Assembly: GCA_965250285.1 (NCBI GenBank)
Contig: OZ252299.1
Location: forward strand, 3,040,001 to 3,104,000
Source: Myxococcota bacterium
Lineage (GTDB): Bacteria > Myxococcota_A > UBA9160 > UBA4427
Length of the DNA: 64,000 nucleotides
Direction: 5' to 3'
In this document: one piece after another, positions 9,054 to 18,944 of the stretch
Position numbering within the stretch: the first letter of the stretch is position 1
How the letters are laid out: the number at the start of each line of letters is the position of its first letter
Made by a program: the position numbers and the translations under genes
The notes under the pieces: generated by a model
Database searches by the model: none
Told to the model about the DNA's origin: nothing
The model's input: the letters and a program-made list of their open reading frames with translations, nothing else

Positions 9054-10301
9054 ATGCGCGTTGGCGAGATCAAGGAGCCCGAGCGCGCGCGCTGGGGCAA
9101 GCCGCTCGAGGGCGTGCGCATCCTCGCCGCCGAGCAGATGCAGGCGCTGCCCTACGCGACGCAGCTGCTCGCCCACATGGGCGCCGATGTCGTGAAGGTC
9201 GAGCATCCCGAGCACGGCGATTCGGCGCGAGGCTCGAAGCCGGCGCTCGTCGACCCCGATGGCCGCCAGGTGGGCGCGACGTACCTGCGCAACAACCTGT
9301 CGAAGCGCAGCATCGGGCTCGACCTCAAGAAGCCCGCTGGACGCGACCTCTTCCTCGAGCTCGTGCCCCACTTCGACGTCGTCGCCGAGAACTTTCGGCC
9401 GGGCGCGTTCGACCGCCTCGGGCTCGGCTACGCCGATCTCGAGCGGGTCGATCCGCGGGTGATCCTGCTCTCCGTTTCGGGCTTCGGCAACCTCAAGCCG
9501 AGCCCCTACGCGAACTGGCCAGCCTACGCCCCGATCCCCGAGGCGATGGCCGGGTTCTATGAACAAAATCGACGCGACGGGGAACACCTGCGACCCCTCG
9601 TCGCCGGGGCCCTCGGTGACATCGGTTCGGCCATGTTCGCAGCCATCGGCCTACTCGCGGCGCTTCGCCACCGCGACGCGACCGGCGCCGGGCAACACGT
9701 CGACATCGCGATGTACGACGCGATGATCGCGATGGCCGACATGGTGCCGTTCATGGCCTCGATGGGGGCCGAGCGCATCTCGCAGGGCGGCCCATGGATC
9801 ATCGAAGGCTTCGCCGCACGCGACGGCGACTTCGTCATCGAAGTGATCCGCGAGCCCCACTTGCGCGCGTTGGCCGCAGTGATCGGTCGGCCCGAATGGC
9901 TCGAAGACGCCCGCTTCGCCGACCGAGACCAGTGGAACGCGCTCATCGAACCCGAGGTACGACCTGCTGTCGAGGCCTGGGCGGCCGACAAGACGAAGCT
10001 CGAAGCCTGCGAACTGCTCTGCGCTGGCGGCGTCGCGGCGGGGCCAAGCAACCGCGCAGCCGACCTGTTGGCCGATCCGCATGTGCGTGATCACAACATG
10101 ATCGTCGAGGTCGAACGGCCCGACGGCGCACCGCCGATGCACGTCGTCGGCAACCCGATCAAGCTCTCGAAGATGGCCGAGGGCCCCGTGCGCACGTTCC
10201 CCGGGCTCGGAGAACACACCGACGAGGTGCTGAGCGAACTGCTCGGGCGCTCGCCCGACGAGCTCGACCGGCTGCGCCGCGACGGCGTCATCGGCGGATG
10301 A
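9054..10301 (+). CDS. CaiB/BaiF family III CoA-transferase
   Basis: GADVVKVE, ENFRPG, SVSGFG, LGD; AAGGAGG RBS. Confidence 0.92.
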   Translation: MRVGEIKEPERARWGKPLEGVRILAAEQMQALPYATQLLAHMGADVVKVEHPEHGDSARGSKPALVDPDGRQVGATYLRNNLSKRSIGLDLKKPAGRDLFLELVPHFDVVAENFRPGAFDRLGLGYADLERVDPRVILLSVSGFGNLKPSPYANWPAYAPIPEAMAGFYEQNRRDGEHLRPLVAGALGDIGSAMFAAIGLLAALRHRDATGAGQHVDIAMYDAMIAMADMVPFMASMGAERISQGGPWIIEGFAARDGDFVIEVIREPHLRALAAVIGRPEWLEDARFADRDQWNALIEPEVRPAVEAWAADKTKLEACELLCAGGVAAGPSNRAADLLADPHVRDHNMIVEVERPDGAPPMHVVGNPIKLSKMAEGPVRTFPGLGEHTDEVLSELLGRSPDELDRLRRDGVIGG

Positions 10302-10320
10302 TGCCCTCGCGCGTGGCCCC

Positions 10321-10722
10321 CTACGCGTACGACCGGATCAGCCAGATCCACAGAGCGAGAAAGACGAGAAACGCGAGCAGCTGAGGCCAGGCGACCGCGA
10401 AGAAGCCTCGCTCCTTGATCTGACGCGCCTTCTCGACGTACGCCTCGCGCTGCTCCTCCTGCAGCTTCACCAACCAGACGTCGCCCGACGTGACGACCTC
10501 GTCGCCCTCGGCGTGCAGAAAGAGCGTCGCGCGCGAGGTCGACAGCCAGAAGATCAGATAGATGATGCCGCCGAAGAGCGGGAAGAAGACGACCACGAGC
10601 AGGAAGATCCAGAAGTTGAACGGCCGGCGGCCGTGCAGCGCGGCGCTCGTCTCGGTGGTGGTGCGCGGCTCCCAGCCGCAGTCGACCAGCTCGTCCACTC
10701 GTCGCGCGAGTCCTTCATGCAT
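10321..10722 (-). CDS. Hypothetical membrane protein
   Basis: Hydrophobic segments FNFWIFLLVVVFFPLFGGIIYLIFW and LLAFLVFLALWIWLI; GAGGAG RBS. Confidence 0.7.
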   Translation of the reverse strand: MHEGLARRVDELVDCGWEPRTTTETSAALHGRRPFNFWIFLLVVVFFPLFGGIIYLIFWLSTSRATLFLHAEGDEVVTSGDVWLVKLQEEQREAYVEKARQIKERGFFAVAWPQLLAFLVFLALWIWLIRSYA

Positions 10723-10818
10723 GGGCTCTCTCCTCGTCGCCGCTGCGGGCGCAGTGCGGAGGTTAATCAAAACCGATCATCGGGGCGATGTGCGACCGAG
10801 CCTCGCCTCTCGATGAAT

Positions 10819-10832
10819 CGGAACACGTTCAT
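10819..10832. promoter_or_regulatory. KstR-like core site CGGAACACGTTCAT
   Basis: GAAC-N2-GTTC palindrome in a divergent intergenic region; shares GAACACGTT with the site at 59255. Confidence 0.4.
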
Positions 10833-10907
10833 GCCGAATCGGCGCTCGTCACCGATCGATCAGCGCTGCGTCGTCCCGCTCGGCGACCGGGCTCCTATAC
10901 TTGGCGG

Positions 10908-12155
10908 ATGCGAATCGGAGACGTCGCCAACGCGGAGCGTGGGGCTTGGGGCAAGCCCCTCGAAGGCCTGAAGATCCTCGCTGCCGAGCAGATGCAGGCG
11001 CTCCCCTACGCCACCCAGCTACTCGCACACCTGGGCGCCGAGGTGGTGAAGATCGAACCGCCCGGGCGCGGCGACACGGGTCGCTACTCGCAGCCGTCGC
11101 TGCGCGACGACGATGGGCACACCGTGGGCGCGACCTACCTGCGCAACAACCTCAACAAGCGAAGCATCTGCCTCGACCTCAAGAGCGACGAGGGCCGCGA
11201 CCTGTTTCGGGCGCTGATCCCGCACTTCGACGTCGTCGCCGAGAACTTCACGCCCGGCGTCATGGGGCGGTTCGGGCTCGACTACGGCGCGCTCAAAGAC
11301 GATCACCCCGAGCTGATCTACGTGTCGATCTCGGGGTTCGGCCATCTGTCGAACTCGCCGTATCGCCACTGGCCCGCCTACGCGCCCGCCGTCGAGGCCA
11401 TGGCCGGCATCTACGAGCCGACCCGCAAGGAGGGGCAGCCGCCGCCGGTGGTCGTCGCGGGCGCACTCGGTGACAACGCCGCCGCGCTGTTCACGACGAT
11501 CGGCATCCTCAGCGCGTTGCAGCACCGGCACCGCACGGGGCTCGGGCAATACGTCGACGTGTCGATGTACGACTCGACGCTCGCCTTCGCCGACATGATC
11601 CCCCAGCTGCACTCGATGGGTGCGCCCCCTGGCTGGGCAACTGCGGGCTCGATCGCCATCGTCGCGGGCTTCAAGGCGCGCGATGGCTGGTTCGTGATCT
11701 CCTGCGTGCGCGAGCATCACTTCGAGCGACTCGTCGCGATGATCGGTCACCCCGAGTGGAAGGACGACCCGCGCTTCGCGACCCGTGAAGGCTGGGCGCG
11801 TGAGATCGAGCCCACGCTGCGCCCCGCCATCGAGGCCTGGGCCCACGACAAGACGAGACGCGAGGCGTGCGAAGCACTGGCCGCCGAGGGCATCGCGGCC
11901 GGCCCCAGCCAGCTCGCCGAGGACATCGCCGACGACCCACACGTCGCCATGCGCCACATGTTGATCGAGGTGCCTCGGGTCGATGGCGAGCGCGACATGC
12001 TCGTGGTCGGCAATCCGGTGAAGCTCTCGCGTGCACAGGAGGGGCCGGTCACGACGTTCCCCCGCCTCGGCGAACACACCGATGAGGTGCTGCGCGAAAC
12101 GCTCGACGTCGACGACGAACGCCTGGCCGAGCTGCGCGAGCGCGGCGTGATCTGA
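10908..12155 (+). CDS. CaiB/BaiF family III CoA-transferase (paralog of 9054..10301)
   Basis: N-terminus aligns with the paralog (WGKPLEG..ILAAEQMQALPYATQLLAH); TATACT 6 nt before the ATG. Confidence 0.92.
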   Translation: MRIGDVANAERGAWGKPLEGLKILAAEQMQALPYATQLLAHLGAEVVKIEPPGRGDTGRYSQPSLRDDDGHTVGATYLRNNLNKRSICLDLKSDEGRDLFRALIPHFDVVAENFTPGVMGRFGLDYGALKDDHPELIYVSISGFGHLSNSPYRHWPAYAPAVEAMAGIYEPTRKEGQPPPVVVAGALGDNAAALFTTIGILSALQHRHRTGLGQYVDVSMYDSTLAFADMIPQLHSMGAPPGWATAGSIAIVAGFKARDGWFVISCVREHHFERLVAMIGHPEWKDDPRFATREGWAREIEPTLRPAIEAWAHDKTRREACEALAAEGIAAGPSQLAEDIADDPHVAMRHMLIEVPRVDGERDMLVVGNPVKLSRAQEGPVTTFPRLGEHTDEVLRETLDVDDERLAELRERGVI

Positions 12156-12161
12156 CGCTGG

Positions 12162-12944
12162 CTAGAGGGTGTTGCCCGCGTACCGGTCGCGCAGCTTCTG
12201 CATCCCCTTCAGCCAGCGATCGCGATCCCCCGCCTTGCGCACGACGTACTCGGCCACCTCGGCGTGCGGCAGGATCAAGAACGACTCGGCGCGCAGCCCC
12301 TCGATCACCGCGTCGGCGAGCACGTCGGGCTCCATCATGCCGTCGACACCCGCGACCCCGCCGCCTTCGCTGCCGGCGGTCATGTTGGTGCGCACCGCCT
12401 GGGGACAGAGCACCGAGACGCCGACCCCGCGATCGCCGTATTCGATGGCGACCGACTCGGCGAAGGCCACCGCGGCCGCCTTCGTCACGCCGTAGGGGCT
12501 CGAGCCGATCTGCGCGAGCAGACCGGCGGCCGACGCAGTGTTGAGCAGCCACCCACCCCCACGCTCGATCATGCGGGGCACGAGTACGTGCGCGGCGTGC
12601 ACGTGGCTCATGACGTTGATGTCCCAGATGCGCCGCCAGTCGCCTTCGGGCAGCTCGACGTTGCCGGCGATCGCAATCCCGGCGTTCGAGCAGAACAGAT
12701 CGATCGGACCGCTGCGGTCCTCGGCTTCGTCGATCAGCGCGGTGATCTGAGCGCGGCTGGCGACGTCGACCTCGGCGGCCGCTGCGACCGGCCCGATCGC
12801 CTTCGCCGCCCCGCGCACCCGATCGCCGTCGACGTCGGCCAGACCCACCGCGCGCGCGCCTTCCGCTGCGAATCGTCTCGCCAAGGCCTCGCCGATCCCG
12901 CCGGCGGCACCGGTCACGACGACGTGCTTGCCCTCGACCTCCAT
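12162..12944 (-). CDS. Short-chain dehydrogenase/reductase
   Basis: TGAAGGIG, SNAG, YGVTK. Confidence 0.92.
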   Translation of the reverse strand: MEVEGKHVVVTGAAGGIGEALARRFAAEGARAVGLADVDGDRVRGAAKAIGPVAAAAEVDVASRAQITALIDEAEDRSGPIDLFCSNAGIAIAGNVELPEGDWRRIWDINVMSHVHAAHVLVPRMIERGGGWLLNTASAAGLLAQIGSSPYGVTKAAAVAFAESVAIEYGDRGVGVSVLCPQAVRTNMTAGSEGGGVAGVDGMMEPDVLADAVIEGLRAESFLILPHAEVAEYVVRKAGDRDRWLKGMQKLRDRYAGNTL

Positions 12945-13076
12945 GTCGCGTCTCCTCGCGTCTCATCGGGCCGCGTCGCGACCCGTCGATGCAGACCTCT
13001 TCGTCGAGATCTGCCCTATCGTCCGCGGCCCACGCGACGCCTACCCCTCGACTCGACGCCGGGAGCCCCCTCGCGC

Positions 13077-13829
13077 ATGACCGCCGACCAACGTCCCTCT
13101 CGTCCGCTCTACCTGCACGAGACCGTCGACATCGTCGGCGATGGTGCCGTGCCATACATGGAAGAGAGCGTCGTCGGCTTCGACAGCGAGGGTATTGCGG
13201 ATCGTGGCCTCACGCTCTGGGGCACGTTCTACGTGCAGGGCTCGACGGGTCGCTGGCCTCAGGTGGTGAACGTCTGGGAGCTGGTCGACGGCTGGGCCGG
13301 ATGGGAGCGGCTCTGCGAGGCGACCAACCTGAAGCGCGAGGCGAATGCCGAGCTCTCCGATTGGTGGAAGAAGGCGTATGAGCGGCGCAGCGGCGGCTTC
13401 GACCGACTGCTCGGCGCTCTGCCGGGCACGCTCTCGCTCGAGCAGATTCGGGCTGAGCAGGTCAAGGGAGAGCTCTTCGTCCACGAGCTCACCGAGGTGA
13501 AGCCGGGGGCCGGCCCCGAGTACATTCACGAGCTGACGCGTCGCTGGGCCCCCGTTCGCGCCGACTACGGGCATCGCCTCGTCGGCGCCTTCGAGACCCT
13601 GATGTGCGACACCGAAGTCTGCACGATCTGGGCGACGACGCTGCGCGATCACATCGACCTCGGCCGCGCCATGGACGACGCGCGCGGCTTCGGCACCGCC
13701 GACCATCCCGACGAGGGCCTGGTGTCGTGGGTGCGCTACCGACGCAACTGGATCACTCGCTTTCGCGAAGAGCTGCTGATCCCCTGCCCCGGCACGCCGA
13801 TGGGCCCCGACGCCTGGCGCCGCACGTGA
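13077..13829 (+). CDS. NIPSNAP-like dimeric alpha/beta-barrel protein
   Basis: Two repeats (LYLHETVDI / LFVHELTEV), GRWPQVVNVWE; GGGAG RBS. Confidence 0.7.
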   Translation: MTADQRPSRPLYLHETVDIVGDGAVPYMEESVVGFDSEGIADRGLTLWGTFYVQGSTGRWPQVVNVWELVDGWAGWERLCEATNLKREANAELSDWWKKAYERRSGGFDRLLGALPGTLSLEQIRAEQVKGELFVHELTEVKPGAGPEYIHELTRRWAPVRADYGHRLVGAFETLMCDTEVCTIWATTLRDHIDLGRAMDDARGFGTADHPDEGLVSWVRYRRNWITRFREELLIPCPGTPMGPDAWRRT

Positions 13830-13839
13830 GGCGCCTCGC

Positions 13840-14631
13840 ATGAACGACGCACGCGCCTTCGAAGGATCGGCGGTCACCGTCTTCGGTGCGGCGAGCGAAA
13901 TGGGCCTCGCAGTGGCGCGCGCGTTCGGCGAAGCCGGCGCCCGGGTCTGGATGGGCGACGTCGATGAGCCGCGCCTCGAGGCGCACGCCGACACCCTCCG
14001 CGGCGAGGGTCTCGCCGTCGAGCGCCAGCGCGTCGACGTGACCGACGCGCGCCAGGTCGACGCGCTCGTCGAGGCGGCCGATGCCGCCGGCGACGGCCTC
14101 GCAGCGAGCATCCACCTCGCGGGTGTCATCAGTGATGTCGACCTGCTCGACCTCGCCGAAGCCGAACTCGACCGCGTGTTGTCGGTCAACCTGAAGGGGA
14201 TCGTGTTCGCCTGCCAATCGTCGGGCCGGCGCATGGCCGCGCGGGGACGCGGCTCGGTCGTCAACATGGCCTCGATGGGCGCGTTCGCGGCGATCCCGAA
14301 GCTCGCCGCCTACTCGATGTCGAAGGCCGCGGTCGTCGCGCTCACGCGCACCCTCGCCGTCGAGCTGGCACCGAGCGGGGTGCGGGTCAACGCCATCGCA
14401 CCCGGCTACGTCGAGGGCGGCATGACCCAGCGCCACCTACGCGACGACGCCGGGCGCGTCGACGAAGCGAGGCTCGACGACGCCCGATCGAAGGCTCGGC
14501 GCCGCAATCCACTCGGGCTGCTGGGACAGCCCGAAGACGTGGCCGCCGCCTGCTTCTATCTCTCGACGGAAGCCTCGCGCTACGTGACTGGCCAGGTGCT
14601 CCACCTGAACGGCGGCGCCTTCATGCCCTAG
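13840..14631 (+). CDS. Short-chain dehydrogenase/reductase (FabG-like)
   Basis: GAASEMG, YSMSK, RVNAIAPG, YVTGQVLHLNGG. Confidence 0.9.
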   Translation: MNDARAFEGSAVTVFGAASEMGLAVARAFGEAGARVWMGDVDEPRLEAHADTLRGEGLAVERQRVDVTDARQVDALVEAADAAGDGLAASIHLAGVISDVDLLDLAEAELDRVLSVNLKGIVFACQSSGRRMAARGRGSVVNMASMGAFAAIPKLAAYSMSKAAVVALTRTLAVELAPSGVRVNAIAPGYVEGGMTQRHLRDDAGRVDEARLDDARSKARRRNPLGLLGQPEDVAAACFYLSTEASRYVTGQVLHLNGGAFMP

Positions 14632-14658
14632 CGCGCCCGAGCGCGATAGGATCTCGGC

Positions 14659-16218
14659 ATGTCCTGGCAGAACGAAGTCGACGAGATCGAACGCCGCAGA
14701 AAGCGCGCCCTCGAACACGGGGGGGCCGCGGCCGTCGAGAAGCAGCACGGTCGTGGGCGCCTCACCGTACGCGAGCGCATCGACGCACTCGTCGACCGAG
14801 ACACCTTTCGCGAACACGGACGCGTCACGGGCAGCTCCGACACCGGCGAGGCCGGCGACGAGACCTTCGCCCCGGCCAACACGGTGGTCGGTCTCGCCGA
14901 GATCGGCGGACGGCGTGTCGTGATCGGGGGCGACGACTTCACCCAGAGCGGCGGCGCCTACTCGCCGGCGGGCCTGAAGAAGGGCCTCTACGTCGACGAG
15001 CTCGCGATCAAGCGGCGGCTCCCCCTCGTCCGGCTGCTCGAAGCCGGGGGTGCGAGCGTGACCGGCACCGGCGGCGCCCGCGGTCGCTCGGGCTACGACA
15101 TGACGGCGCCACCGATGCTGAATGTGCTCTGCATGGAGGCACTCGCGAGTGTCCCCGTGGTGTGCGCTGCGCTCGGGCCGGTCGCGGGCTATCCGGCCGG
15201 GCGTCTCGCCGCCTCGCACTTCTCGCTCATGACGAAGGACACCGCCCAGGTGCTGACCGGAGGCCCGGCTGTCGTCGAGCGCGCCCTCGGCGAGGCAACC
15301 AGCAAGGAAGAGCTCGGGAGCGCCAAAGTGCATGGGCGCAGCGGGGTCGTCGACAACGTCGTCGACGACGAGGAAGACGCCTTCCGACAGATGCGAAAGT
15401 TCCTCTCGTACATGCCTCAGAACGCATGGAGCGCGCCCCCGCGCTTCGACGTCGGCGATGTGCGCGACCGGTGCGAGCCCGCGCTGCTCGAGATCGTGCC
15501 GCTAGAACGGCGTCGCGCCTACAAGATGCGCAAGCTGATCGAGATGGTGGTCGACGGGCGCAGCTTCTTCGAGATGACGCGCGGCTACGGCCGCTCACAG
15601 ATCACCGGCCTGGCGCGGGTCGACGGCCACCCGGTGGGCGTGTTGGCGAACGACTGCATGTTCGACGGTGGATCGATGACGGCCGAGGGAGCGCAGAAGG
15701 TCCGGCGCTTCGTCGAGATGTGCGACAACTTCCATCTGCCGATCGTGAGCTTCGTCGACGAGCCGGGTTTCATGATCGGCGGTGCAGCCGAGCAGGCCGC
15801 GACGATCCGCCACGGCATGAACGCGATGTTCGCGGTGCTCCAGACGCGCACTCCGTGGTTCGCGATCGTCGTTCGCAAGGCGTTCGGCGTGGCTCAGGGC
15901 ATTCACTACGGGTACGGCGGCACCGTCGTCGCCTGGCCTTCGGCCGTGAGCGGTGCCCTGCCGGTCGAGAGCGGCGTACATCTGGCCTACCGCGCCGAGA
16001 TCGAGGCGGCCGACGACCCGGAAGCGAGGCGCCGAGAGCTCGAGGACGAGATGGCGAAGGGGCAGTCGATCCTGCCCCGTGCCGAGGAGTTCGGCGTCCA
16101 CGATCTGATCGACCCGCGCGAGACGCGCCCGCGTCTGTGCGAGTGGCTCGACGAAGTCGAGGAGCAGGTGGCTCTGCACGTTGCGGCGGGTCCACGCACC
16201 TACTCGATGCGACCGTGA
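14659..16218 (+). CDS. Acyl-CoA carboxylase carboxyltransferase (beta) subunit
   Basis: GRLTVRERIDALVD, DFTQSGG, KEELGSAKVH, FVDEPGFMIG, IDPRETR. Confidence 0.92.
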   Translation: MSWQNEVDEIERRRKRALEHGGAAAVEKQHGRGRLTVRERIDALVDRDTFREHGRVTGSSDTGEAGDETFAPANTVVGLAEIGGRRVVIGGDDFTQSGGAYSPAGLKKGLYVDELAIKRRLPLVRLLEAGGASVTGTGGARGRSGYDMTAPPMLNVLCMEALASVPVVCAALGPVAGYPAGRLAASHFSLMTKDTAQVLTGGPAVVERALGEATSKEELGSAKVHGRSGVVDNVVDDEEDAFRQMRKFLSYMPQNAWSAPPRFDVGDVRDRCEPALLEIVPLERRRAYKMRKLIEMVVDGRSFFEMTRGYGRSQITGLARVDGHPVGVLANDCMFDGGSMTAEGAQKVRRFVEMCDNFHLPIVSFVDEPGFMIGGAAEQAATIRHGMNAMFAVLQTRTPWFAIVVRKAFGVAQGIHYGYGGTVVAWPSAVSGALPVESGVHLAYRAEIEAADDPEARRRELEDEMAKGQSILPRAEEFGVHDLIDPRETRPRLCEWLDEVEEQVALHVAAGPRTYSMRP

Positions 16219-16237
16219 GACAACGCGAGCGCGGCGC

Positions 16238-17074
16238 TCAACGACCCTTGAAGCTCGGCTTGCGCTTCTCGCTGAAGGCCGCGACGGCTTCGCGGTAGTC
16301 GTCGGTCATGGCCCCACGCACCATCCGATCGGCCTCGACCTCCATGCAGGTCGCCAGATCGGCATGGGTCGCGCGGTTGAGATTGCTCTTCATGAAGCGC
16401 ATCGAGATCGGCGGCCCGCTCGCGAGCTGCCGCGCCATTTCAAAGGCCGCATCGGCGAGCTCCTGCTCGGGGACGACGCGATTGAAGAGACCGAGCGACA
16501 GGCATTCGTCGGCGCCGATGCGATCCGACAAGAAGTAGATCTCGCGGGCCTTCGCGGGGCCGACGAGCTGCGTGAGAAACCAGCTCCCCCCGTAGTCGCC
16601 CGACAGGCCGACGCGTACGAACGACGTGAGCAGAAACGCGCGTTCGCTCGCGATGCGGAGATCGCACGAGAGCGCGATCGAGAAGCCCGCCCCAGCGGCC
16701 GCACCCGGGAGCGCGCAGAGCGTCGGCTTCGGCATCTCGTGCAGCATGCGCGGGAGCTGATGCTCCCAGCGAAGCTGGCGCTGCCGATCCTCCATCGAGG
16801 GGGGCTTGCCATCCTGCTTCATCCGCTTGGTATCGCCCCCCGAGCAGAAGGCCGAGCCCGCGCCGGTCAGCAGGACACAGCCGACCTCATCGTCAGCGGC
16901 AAGATCGCGGACGAGGGTGTAGAGCCCTTCCTTCATGTCCATGGTGAGGGCGTTCTTCGCATCGGGCCGGTTCAGCGTCAGCGTGGCGACGCGCTCGCGA
17001 ACGTCGCAGAGCAGTTCTTCCGTGCCGGTGTCGATCGCGCGGCCTTCGCCGCGCTCGCTCGCGTTCTCGGCCAT
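16238..17074 (-). CDS. Enoyl-CoA hydratase/isomerase (PaaG-like, lacks both catalytic Glu)
   Basis: LNRPDAKNAL, AFCSGGD, GAGFSIALSCDLR, FSEKRKPSFKGR. Confidence 0.9.
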   Translation of the reverse strand: MAENASERGEGRAIDTGTEELLCDVRERVATLTLNRPDAKNALTMDMKEGLYTLVRDLAADDEVGCVLLTGAGSAFCSGGDTKRMKQDGKPPSMEDRQRQLRWEHQLPRMLHEMPKPTLCALPGAAAGAGFSIALSCDLRIASERAFLLTSFVRVGLSGDYGGSWFLTQLVGPAKAREIYFLSDRIGADECLSLGLFNRVVPEQELADAAFEMARQLASGPPISMRFMKSNLNRATHADLATCMEVEADRMVRGAMTDDYREAVAAFSEKRKPSFKGR

Positions 17075-17081
17075 GATCGGC

Positions 17082-17864
17082 TCAGCGCCCCCGATACTTC
17101 GGCTCGCGTCCCTCGGCGCGGGCCGCCTTCATCTCAGCGTAGTCCTCGGACGCGAAGACCATCGACTGCGCCACCGACTCCTCCTGCAGCGACGCGCGGA
17201 CGTCGGGGTTCACGAGCCGGGTGAACGTGCGGCGGAACATCTTGACCGTGAAGGGCGGCGCCTTCGCGATCGTGCCCGCGATCTCGAGGGCGGTGTCATC
17301 GAGCTCGGCCTCGGGCACGACCCGCGAGACGATGCCATGGCGCAGCGCTTCATCCGCCTCCATCACGCGGCCCGTGAGGCAGAGGTCGGCCGCGACACCG
17401 TGCCCCGCCATGTGAAAGAGCCGCGCTGTGCCGCCGCTGTCGGGCACGACGCCGTGACCGATCTCGGGCAGCATCATGCGAGCCCCCTCGGCCGCGATGC
17501 GCATGTCGCAGAGCAGCGCCCGCTCGAACGATCCACCGATCGTCCAACCCTTCATCGCGACCACGATCGGCACCTCGAGGGTGAAGAAGGCCTGCGTGCC
17601 CGCGTGACCCCGCTCGATGAACTCGAAGTCGCTGATGTCCTCGGTCCGCACGCCGAGCTCACTCGTATCGCGTCCCGAAGAGAACGACTTGCCTTCGCCG
17701 CGCCAGACCACGGCCCGCACGTCTCGATTCGACCTCAGCTCTTCGAGGGCCGCGAACAGCTGGCGATCCATCTCGTCATTGGCCGCGTTGTGCTTCTCGG
17801 GGCGATCGTTCGTCAGCACGGCGACGTGGCCGTCGATCTCGAGTCGAATCAGATCTGTGCTCAT
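17082..17864 (-). CDS. Enoyl-CoA hydratase/isomerase
   Basis: SFSSGRD, GGSFERALLCD, PEIGHG. Confidence 0.9.
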   Translation of the reverse strand: MSTDLIRLEIDGHVAVLTNDRPEKHNAANDEMDRQLFAALEELRSNRDVRAVVWRGEGKSFSSGRDTSELGVRTEDISDFEFIERGHAGTQAFFTLEVPIVVAMKGWTIGGSFERALLCDMRIAAEGARMMLPEIGHGVVPDSGGTARLFHMAGHGVAADLCLTGRVMEADEALRHGIVSRVVPEAELDDTALEIAGTIAKAPPFTVKMFRRTFTRLVNPDVRASLQEESVAQSMVFASEDYAEMKAARAEGREPKYRGR

Positions 17865-18021
17865 GTGAGGGATTCCGCGTCAAGGGGTGCGGCGTGCACC
17901 TTCGATTTGGCCGGCTCGGTACGCGGCCGGGGAGCTATCATCCCGCGTCCAGCGATCGGCCGCCAACATCGGCCGACCGACCGATCCCTGACGAAGGCAT
18001 CGAACTCGAGGAGTCGAAGAG

Positions 18022-18909
18022 ATGGGTCTTCCCGATCCGCCCGCCCTGGGCGCGAGCGCCCTGCCCGCCGGCACGTTCGATGGACAGACCGTGCTGGTCA
18101 CGGGCGGCGGCACCGGCCTCGGCAAGGCCATCGCGATCGAGTTCGCGCGACTGGGTGCGCGACTGGCGATCGCCAGCCGAAGCGAAGAGCACCGCCAGGC
18201 GGGCGTCGCGGCCATCGAGGCGGTCGGCGCCGAGGTCATGGATGTCTTCTGCGACATTCGGCAGCCCGAGTCGGTCGGTGGAGCATTCGATGCCATCGAG
18301 TCGCGCTTCGGCCTGCCCGACGTGCTCGTCAACAATGCAGCCGGCAACTTCCCCGTCCCCGCCGAAGACATGTCACCGAATGCGTGGCGCACCGTCGTCG
18401 ACATCGTGCTCAACGGGACGTTCTATTGCTCCCGCGAGTTCGGGCGCCGCCACATCGCCGCCGGCACGCCGGGCAACATGATCGACATCGGTGCCGCCTA
18501 TTCGTGGACCGGCGGCCCCGGCTTTGCGCACTCGGCCGCAGCGAAGGCGGGCGTCAAGAACATGGTCGAGAGCCTCGCGGTCGAATGGGGCCCTTATGGC
18601 ATTCGCGTGAACGGTCTCGTGCCCGGGCTGTTCCCACACGACGACGAGACCCAGGCGATCCGGTCGGTGCCGGAGCGACGCCAGAGCGAGGCGCTGCGCT
18701 CCCCGGCCCACCGCGTCGGACAACCCCACGAGCTCGGATGGGCGGCGACCTTCCTCGCCTCGCCCTATGCGTCGTACATCACCGGGCACACGATGGTGGT
18801 CGATGGAGCCAACTGGCAGCGGCGGGCGATGCTGATGCCCGAGTTCGTGCCGATTCGCGAGCAGATGGGCAAGGGTGCCTTCACGCTCGAGAAGCCCGAG
18901 AAGAAGTAG
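18022..18909 (+). CDS. SDR, 2,4-dienoyl-CoA reductase-like
   Basis: TGGGTGLG, NNAAGNF, HSAAAKAG, SLAVEWG. Confidence 0.88.
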   Translation: MGLPDPPALGASALPAGTFDGQTVLVTGGGTGLGKAIAIEFARLGARLAIASRSEEHRQAGVAAIEAVGAEVMDVFCDIRQPESVGGAFDAIESRFGLPDVLVNNAAGNFPVPAEDMSPNAWRTVVDIVLNGTFYCSREFGRRHIAAGTPGNMIDIGAAYSWTGGPGFAHSAAAKAGVKNMVESLAVEWGPYGIRVNGLVPGLFPHDDETQAIRSVPERRQSEALRSPAHRVGQPHELGWAATFLASPYASYITGHTMVVDGANWQRRAMLMPEFVPIREQMGKGAFTLEKPEKK

Positions 18910-18944
18910 AAGTCGCGGTCTGCGCACCGCCCAGGAGAAGCCGA

